In this document: positions 57,973 to 64,000 of the stretch, one piece after another | Layout: each line of letters starts with the position of its first letter | Position numbering within the stretch: the first letter of the stretch is position 1 | Origin: a virus | IMG/VR virus record: IMGVR_UViG_3300027816_000055 | Length of the DNA: 64,000 bases | Direction: 5' to 3' (one strand) | Program-made: the position numbers and the translations under genes | The notes under the pieces: model-generated | The model's input: only the letters and a program-made list of their open reading frames with translations | Database searches by the model: none | Told to the model about the DNA's origin: nothing

Positions 57973-58682
57973 AATTTATTTAATATTTCAAATTCTTTTG
58001 ACCAATTAACAACAGGTGACATATATTCGTTTTCACAATGAGTTGAATAACCGGGTATAGAAGACACCAAATTAGATCCATTTTGCCAAAGATTAATAAA
58101 TTTATCATGATCTCTTGTATATCCCTTTACTAAATCACAGTATTGTGTATGCATATCATAATGTTTTTTAAACGTTGAAAATAACATTGCATATGTGTTT
58201 GTAGTTGATGGCGTAGTTCTCCAATGAGATAATTTAGTTGGATAAATAGAAGACTGTAGAGTGGAATACGCTTCATAAATATATTTATCATTGTGATCAT
58301 ACAATGTAAAATAATCTGCGCTTAAATTTTCAAATCCATCTATTAAAATATCTACCCAGCCTTGTCGATGAAAATAGTCATCTTCTACAAAGTATATAAT
58401 ATCATTTGCATTATACGGTTGTGCGATTGTATATTCAAGTAAATTTAAAAAACTTTTTCCGTCGTTTCCGCCTTTTTTTTCTACAATATTACATCGATTT
58501 TCATTGTTTAAAAAGTGCTTACTTACATCACCATCAAACAAAACCGTTACATCAACTCTATTATCAATGGAGTTTAATAGACAATTAAAAATCTTTTCTT
58601 TGTCAAACCAACTCGGTCTATTTTTTTTATTCGCACTATTTGCCGAAAAATTACAATGTCTAATTAATAACTTAATATTCAT
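57969..58682 (-). CDS. GT-A fold glycosyltransferase-like protein
   Basis: IIYFVEDDYFH, STTNT, PGYSTH. Confidence 0.7.
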   Translation of the reverse strand: MNIKLLIRHCNFSANSANKKNRPSWFDKEKIFNCLLNSIDNRVDVTVLFDGDVSKHFLNNENRCNIVEKKGGNDGKSFLNLLEYTIAQPYNANDIIYFVEDDYFHRQGWVDILIDGFENLSADYFTLYDHNDKYIYEAYSTLQSSIYPTKLSHWRTTPSTTNTYAMLFSTFKKHYDMHTQYCDLVKGYTRDHDKFINLWQNGSNLVSSIPGYSTHCENEYMSPVVNWSKEFEILNKL

Positions 58683-58738
58683 AATTATTTATTTTTTTAA
58701 TAAGAATGCACGTCTTTATCTAGTTTATTTATTAAAAT

Positions 58739-59446
58739 TTATTTTTTTATAATATAACATCCAGTAGGAAATCCAGAATCATCAAACGTATACTTACTAT
58801 TTAAATATAATTTGTCATGTGTTATAGGATGTAAGATATAATAATCAATATTATATTTTGTAAAAAATGTTTTGATTGCGTCTAAGCTTTCAGTTAAATT
58901 CGAATCATCAAAAATAATACATCCACCGGGCTGAACTTTATTATACATTTCATCTAATACTTCTAAAGTCGCAGAAAATGAATCCACATCAATTCTAAGT
59001 AACGCTAATTTTTCAATATTAGCACTGGGTAATGTGTCTTTTACAAATCCTTTTAAAAACGTAATTCTGGAATTATTTTGCAATCCATATTTTTCAAAAT
59101 TAAATTTTACTTCTTCTAAACTAATTCCCATTGGGCCATTTGCACAATGAGTATAAGCAGGAGTATGTCGTTCATTTAAATATTTATATCTTGCCATTTC
59201 AAGCGGTTGAAATCCTTGAAATGAATCGCTTACCCAAATATTTCTATCATTAAACAAATAACTTAAAAATATTGAAACTCCACCTCTCCAAACTCCACAT
59301 TCTAATATATCACCTTCAATTAATGAAATTTGCGGATATAAAGTTAAAATAGTTTTCATTATATTTGGATGTACCATAGTTATATTATTTAGGTAGAGAT
59401 CATTAATTAATTCTTCGTAACTGTTTATTTTTTTTGTAATAGTCAT
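58739..59446 (-). CDS. TylF/MycF/NovP-type sugar O-methyltransferase
   Basis: GDILECGVWRGG, DSFQG, KGFVKDTLP, LRIDVD, GGCIIFDD. Confidence 0.88.
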   Translation of the reverse strand: MTITKKINSYEELINDLYLNNITMVHPNIMKTILTLYPQISLIEGDILECGVWRGGVSIFLSYLFNDRNIWVSDSFQGFQPLEMARYKYLNERHTPAYTHCANGPMGISLEEVKFNFEKYGLQNNSRITFLKGFVKDTLPSANIEKLALLRIDVDSFSATLEVLDEMYNKVQPGGCIIFDDSNLTESLDAIKTFFTKYNIDYYILHPITHDKLYLNSKYTFDDSGFPTGCYIIKK

Positions 59447-59448
59447 AA

Positions 59449-60444
59449 TTATTTAATTTTCCAATAAGAATAAATTCCTTTATCTAACTCAAATCGATCC
59501 CATTCAAATCGTTTTCTAGGTGGTTGTTGTTTTGCCCAATTCCACATAGTAGTTATTCCTTGTTCCAATGTATGATTTTCTTCATAACCAAGAATGTCCA
59601 CTGATTTTTGCCATGTCACATATGCATTCTTTACTTCATGACGTGCTTCTTTAAAAGCAATATCTCCTCCACCAACAACTTTTTGCAAAATTTCGCATGC
59701 ATCTTTGATACGGGTATGATGTTTACCCCCAACGTTCACAATTTGCTTTGATGCACCGGGGAGAACGGCGGCATTCCAAAATGCAGGTAAACTATCATCT
59801 ATGAAGCTAAAAGCTCTAGTTTGTAAGCCGTCGCCAAATATAGTCATAGGTTCATTATTCATATATTGATACATCCAAATACCAAGAACATTACGATATT
59901 TATCCCAAATGTTTTGCTTTGCCCCATATACATTGTGTGGACGTAAAATACACCAGTCAAGTCCATGTTGTTCTCCTGCTATTTTGATATCTAATTCACA
60001 TGCATACTTACTAACTCCATATGGATCGACCGGGCAAGGTATTAATGTTTCGTCAAATGGAGGATTTTGATCACCATAAACTGCTAATGTAGAAGTAAAT
60101 ATTAGTCGTTTTACAGAAAATTTGATGCAATTATTTACTATATCTGAAGTTGCGACCAAGTTGTTTTGATAATTATATTTTCTGATGAATGGACTTAAAC
60201 ATTCAGCCGCATATGCTGCAAAATGAAATACATATTCTGGTTGATATTGTTGAAAAATATCTTCGATATACGAAGTACCTAATTGTCTAGTAAATAACAA
60301 TACTTTTTTATTGACATTCTCAATATATCCACCGCTGAAATCATCTATTCCAATTACTTTATAATCTGGATGATTTTCAACAATATAATCTGCTAAACGA
60401 CTTCCTAATAAACCTCCTACACCTGTAATAATAATGCTTTTCAT
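59449..60444 (-). CDS. NAD-dependent nucleotide-sugar epimerase/dehydratase
   Basis: ITGVGGLLG, FHFAA, TST, YGVSK, LRPHNVYG. Confidence 0.92.
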   Translation of the reverse strand: MKSIIITGVGGLLGSRLADYIVENHPDYKVIGIDDFSGGYIENVNKKVLLFTRQLGTSYIEDIFQQYQPEYVFHFAAYAAECLSPFIRKYNYQNNLVATSDIVNNCIKFSVKRLIFTSTLAVYGDQNPPFDETLIPCPVDPYGVSKYACELDIKIAGEQHGLDWCILRPHNVYGAKQNIWDKYRNVLGIWMYQYMNNEPMTIFGDGLQTRAFSFIDDSLPAFWNAAVLPGASKQIVNVGGKHHTRIKDACEILQKVVGGGDIAFKEARHEVKNAYVTWQKSVDILGYEENHTLEQGITTMWNWAKQQPPRKRFEWDRFELDKGIYSYWKIK

Positions 60445-60514
60445 AAATTTTTTAAAATATCAGAATAATTAATATCTTGAATACATAGACATTTTAACTA
60501 ACGAAACTTTTTTT

Positions 60515-61654
60515 TTATTTTTTTCTCTGAATAATTGTTAATCCGTTGTTATTATCAAATTTTTCTAATAATTCCCATGTGTCGCTATTATTTTGTAAAA
60601 ATTCTTGTATTGCTGGCCAAATTCCACGCCCTGATATGTTTGAAAGAGTTTCTGAGTGTTCTGATGTCAATGGTTCGTCTCTAAATGCATATGTTGTCGT
60701 GTCATGAAAAACAATATATTTATTTACTTTATTTGCATGTAATGCAAGTTCATTTTTAACTTGTTCATACGTATGCCATGTATCAAGAAACAACAAATCA
60801 GTTTGTTCAATGTCTATTTTTAGTACATCAGCTTCTACAAATGTAAAATCAAGATTATAATAAGCGGCAACGTCAAAAACATTTTGAATGTTTCCTCCCC
60901 ATCTTGAAGGATTGTGTAAATCGTAACTGATTAATTTTTTTGGAGCAGACCCTAAAAATGCCCATGTCGATTGTACTGCACGGACACCCATTTCTGTAAT
61001 ATGACTACACTCGGATGCGTATTTTATGAGAGTTGGAATATGTTCGTTGATGTCAGATGGAGTCGAATAAATCGTATTAATTATATTTTCTAAATTATAC
61101 ATAGTTTTGTTTTTTATGTTATCTATAGTTTTAAATAGCAAGCTAAAATTATTAGAGCACAATAATGGTGATATTTCATCCACATATTTTTCTTCCAATT
61201 CCCACCATTTGTATTTTAATAATTTATCAATTATATCTTTTTCAAATCTGTACTTTATTAGTTTGGCAGGATTTCCACCAACAACTGTATATGGTGGAAC
61301 ATCTTTAGTTACTACCGAATTACATGCGATACATGCGCCATCTCCAATTGTAACTCCACTCATAATTGTTACATGAGTTCCTATCCAAACATCGTTGCCT
61401 ATCTTTACATTTCCTTTGGTACTCGGATGTCCTTGTCCGTTATACTTTTTAAATGTATCAGTAGCTACATGTCCAAATGGATATGTAGTAGCCCAATCGA
61501 TTCGATGATTTCCTCCTAAATATACTAAAATATGCCCTGAGATTGAACAATAATCGCCTATATCAAGCCATGTATTTTCTCCCCAATAATAAATTTCAAT
61601 ATTTTGATGTCCGTATGTGTGTTTTCCCACACTTCTAATACGATGTGTATTCAT
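60515..61654 (-). CDS. Fusion of a hexapeptide-repeat (CatB/Vat-like) O-acetyltransferase and a class I SAM methyltransferase
   Basis: IGNDVWIG...VTIGDGA...[16 protein letters not shown], then [24 protein letters not shown]. Confidence 0.82.
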   Translation of the reverse strand: MNTHRIRSVGKHTYGHQNIEIYYWGENTWLDIGDYCSISGHILVYLGGNHRIDWATTYPFGHVATDTFKKYNGQGHPSTKGNVKIGNDVWIGTHVTIMSGVTIGDGACIACNSVVTKDVPPYTVVGGNPAKLIKYRFEKDIIDKLLKYKWWELEEKYVDEISPLLCSNNFSLLFKTIDNIKNKTMYNLENIINTIYSTPSDINEHIPTLIKYASECSHITEMGVRAVQSTWAFLGSAPKKLISYDLHNPSRWGGNIQNVFDVAAYYNLDFTFVEADVLKIDIEQTDLLFLDTWHTYEQVKNELALHANKVNKYIVFHDTTTYAFRDEPLTSEHSETLSNISGRGIWPAIQEFLQNNSDTWELLEKFDNNNGLTIIQRKK

Positions 61655-62595
61655 AAAATTTTATTTTGTTTTGCATAAGATACCCAACGTGTTAAATACT
61701 CGCCGATATTCTTTTCAATTTCAGCACGTTGTTTATTAGCATCTATTTTTGTTTTAATAAATTTTTTATAAGACGTTTTTAATTTGCCATATCCACCGTA
61801 TTCAATGTCATTTTTTAATACTCCGGTGTCGTAAAACCATATCAATTGATTTTCTAATAAATATTCGCATACATTTACACCGTTGTCTTTTGCATATTGA
61901 CATACATGTAATGAGTATAAATCCCATGGTCCGTATCCATGCCATTCATCCAAAATAGGCACAAACTTTTCAATAAAATTTTTGTTATATAAATCAAACC
62001 ATCCTGCAAATTTAAAATTATTTAATTTTCTGATTGCAGGTTCTGCCGTTAAATTTACAAACTGATGTTCTATTTCGTGTATGTCAATATCTATACATTT
62101 GGATGTTGGTATTGTATTTAAAAACGCCGGATGTACTAATTCATCCCAGCTATTATCCCAGCATTTAAATATCTGTGGAGTAATCAAATAATAATCATCA
62201 GTAATTGTTTTTGCAGCAGCTATCAAATAAAAAATCAAATGTTCATGAAAACTAATATCTGGACAAATATAAACGTATGCGTCTATATGAGATTCAATGG
62301 CTTCTTTTTGTAAATCAAGATGGCCATATACAGCATTCCCATCATAAATTTTAGATCTAATTGTTGTTTTAGTTTTTAACATTTCAATGATTACATTGTA
62401 TTTTTCTATAAAAAAATCTTTTTTTAATATTGAACTGTCCCAGTCTATAATACTAGAAGACAAATTTAATACCATATCTATGTAAATATGGTCTGTATTT
62501 TCTATGTAATAGAGGCTTTTTTTTAATTTATCAGCAAGTAATAGAGCATGATCAATTTCCCAAGGCATGAAATGTGTAATAATTTTAATATTCAT
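61651..62595 (-). CDS. Glycosyltransferase-like hypothetical protein
   Basis: Cluster context; YICPD, FAGWFDL, GYGPWD resemble GT-A elements. Confidence 0.5.
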   Translation of the reverse strand: MNIKIITHFMPWEIDHALLLADKLKKSLYYIENTDHIYIDMVLNLSSSIIDWDSSILKKDFFIEKYNVIIEMLKTKTTIRSKIYDGNAVYGHLDLQKEAIESHIDAYVYICPDISFHEHLIFYLIAAAKTITDDYYLITPQIFKCWDNSWDELVHPAFLNTIPTSKCIDIDIHEIEHQFVNLTAEPAIRKLNNFKFAGWFDLYNKNFIEKFVPILDEWHGYGPWDLYSLHVCQYAKDNGVNVCEYLLENQLIWFYDTGVLKNDIEYGGYGKLKTSYKKFIKTKIDANKQRAEIEKNIGEYLTRWVSYAKQNKIL

Positions 62596-63412
62596 ATAAT
62601 TTTGTATAACAATTATTTATTCCATTAAATAACCCAGTCAATTGCAAATTTAAAGATTTTAGTTTTGTTCCGTCGCCTGTATAAGATAAATCCATGCCTG
62701 TATTCAACACATTAATTTTAATTTTTTTACCTGACAAGTTATTAATATAAGTTGCTAATTCAGATAATTTGTATTTATTTTCATATACCATATTAATGTC
62801 ATTTGTATAAATTGACTGATTTAATATAAATTCGACGATTTTTGATAAATCGTCTGTGTAAATAAAATCCATATATCTATCTTTATGGATAATCATTTCC
62901 GTATTATTAATATATGCATTGATGTTATTTTTTATGAATCTTGATTGAAGTTCATTATAATTAAAACAGCCAAATAATCTTAAATTTGTTCCATTATTTT
63001 GAAGTACGCTTTTTGCTATAATGTTTTTTGAAAGTCCATAAAAGTCAGTCGGCACATTACTAAACAGTTGCTCTTCATTATATTGATTAATATCATTGCG
63101 GCGATCAAATTCAGCACCCGATGCAATATTAATAAAATGTTTTACCCTATATCTAAAATGAATAAGATTTTCATACATCAATAAATTGTTATAAAACACT
63201 GAGGCGGGATCGACTGCTGTTCGATTGCCTCCTTCTATTGCACAATGAATTATACTGTCAATTTTATTTTCATTTAGATATTTTTCAATACTAGAAATTG
63301 AATACAAATCAATTGTTTGTCTAGTTCCTCTAAAAAAACAAAATTTGTTGGATAGCATATTTATTATATTCGATCCAACAAATCCGTTAGCTCCTGTTAT
63401 TAAAACATTCAT
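62585..63412 (-). CDS. NAD-dependent nucleotide-sugar epimerase/reductase
   Basis: LITGANGFVG, IIHCA, SGA, YGLSK, LRLFG. Confidence 0.88.
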   Translation of the reverse strand: MNVLITGANGFVGSNIINMLSNKFCFFRGTRQTIDLYSISSIEKYLNENKIDSIIHCAIEGGNRTAVDPASVFYNNLLMYENLIHFRYRVKHFINIASGAEFDRRNDINQYNEEQLFSNVPTDFYGLSKNIIAKSVLQNNGTNLRLFGCFNYNELQSRFIKNNINAYINNTEMIIHKDRYMDFIYTDDLSKIVEFILNQSIYTNDINMVYENKYKLSELATYINNLSGKKIKINVLNTGMDLSYTGDGTKLKSLNLQLTGLFNGINNCYTKLYEY

Positions 63413-64000
63413 TCAGTCCAATAAAGTGATTTTTTTATCGATGCTAATTCTTCTAGTTTAATAGGATAAATATATTCTTCGGATGGATATACTTTTCCCT
63501 TTACCTCGTTATAGTAATTTTTCAAGGCAATTTGCATTAGTCGCAATACACCATCATTGCGTGTATCGATTCCATATTTCTTGACATTTTGTTGAGTTGC
63601 TAATTCTGTTTGTAAAGTATTTAATGCTTCTGGTATATAGCATTTTGCAAACCATGGTCTAAAATTTGGATAGAATCCGGCCAAATCATGCATAATAATT
63701 AATTGACCATCTACATTTTTACCAGCACCAATTCCCATAACTGGAATTTTTAACTTTTTAGCAATTTGTTGTGCAACTGCATCTGGAACAGCTTCTAATA
63801 ATAACATAGAACATCCAGCTTTTTCAATTTCTATACTATCTTCCATCATTTCTTCAAAGCTTTCCACTGTTTTTCCTTGAACTCGGTATCCTCCAAACGA
63901 CACTGTACTTTGAGGAGTTAATCCTAAATGTCCGATAACAAGAATTCCTGCATCAACAATTGCTTTAATTTTATCAGCAACACGTTTTCCGCCTTCCAAT
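63409..64000 (-). CDS. panB: 3-methyl-2-oxobutanoate (ketopantoate) hydroxymethyltransferase, 5'-truncated
   Basis: EGG, GHLGLTPQ, GGYRVQGK, LLLEAVP, IGIGAG-like GIGAG, DGQLIIMHDL.G, F.K.Y. Confidence 0.9.
   Translation of the reverse strand, partial: LEGGKRVADKIKAIVDAGILVIGHLGLTPQSTVSFGGYRVQGKTVESFEEMMEDSIEIEKAGCSMLLLEAVPDAVAQQIAKKLKIPVMGIGAGKNVDGQLIIMHDLAGFYPNFRPWFAKCYIPEALNTLQTELATQQNVKKYGIDTRNDGVLRLMQIALKNYYNEVKGKVYPSEEYIYPIKLEELASIKKSLYWTE

Noticed and set aside
61100-61654. Antibiotic-resistance gene (catB/vat)
   Set aside because: Hexapeptide acetyltransferases are common in sugar-modification clusters; the fusion and context favour glycan O-acetylation
1-64000. Alternative genetic code (stop-codon recoding as in some jumbo phages)
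   Set aside because: Core genes (capsid, helicase, RNR, tape measure) are full length under the standard code and coding density is high
1-64000. tRNA genes, integrase, transposase, introns or inteins
   Set aside because: Intergenic gaps are too short or lack cloverleaf features, and no such motifs or interrupted core genes were recognised by eye; tRNAscan-SE would be the decisive check for tRNAs

Overview
AT-rich, gene-dense 64-kb segment of a large T4-like (myovirus-type, probably jumbo) bacteriophage; the host cannot be determined from the sequence. From left to right it holds: (1) a head module with prohead protease, scaffold and major capsid protein, plus many small proteins sharing an N-terminal L-x-x-(L/I)-(L/I)-x-E leader; (2) a variable array after the capsid gene with three predicted ADP-ribosyltransferase-fold proteins; (3) neck and tail-terminator genes interrupted by an NrdR-type Zn-ribbon gene; (4) three very large Ser/Thr/Gly-rich mosaic fibre genes; (5) glycosyltransferases and a HAD phosphatase/nucleotidyltransferase pair; (6) tail tube, a tail-assembly chaperone with an apparent +1/-2 programmed frameshift, tape measure and baseplate genes, with no tail sheath gene in the window; (7) a replication/repair block (short PolA, SSB, RecA/UvsX, 5'-3' exonuclease, helicase, class II RNR, UvsE, clamp-loader subunit, dNMP kinase, DUF4338/DruA-like GNAT); (8) a minus-strand glycan-modification cluster ending in a truncated panB. 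Late genes are preceded by a TATTTAT(A/T) motif, while early and replication genes carry sigma70-like promoters. No tRNA, CRISPR array, integrase, transposase or reverse transcriptase was recognised. All family assignments come from motif recognition by eye; no database search was run.
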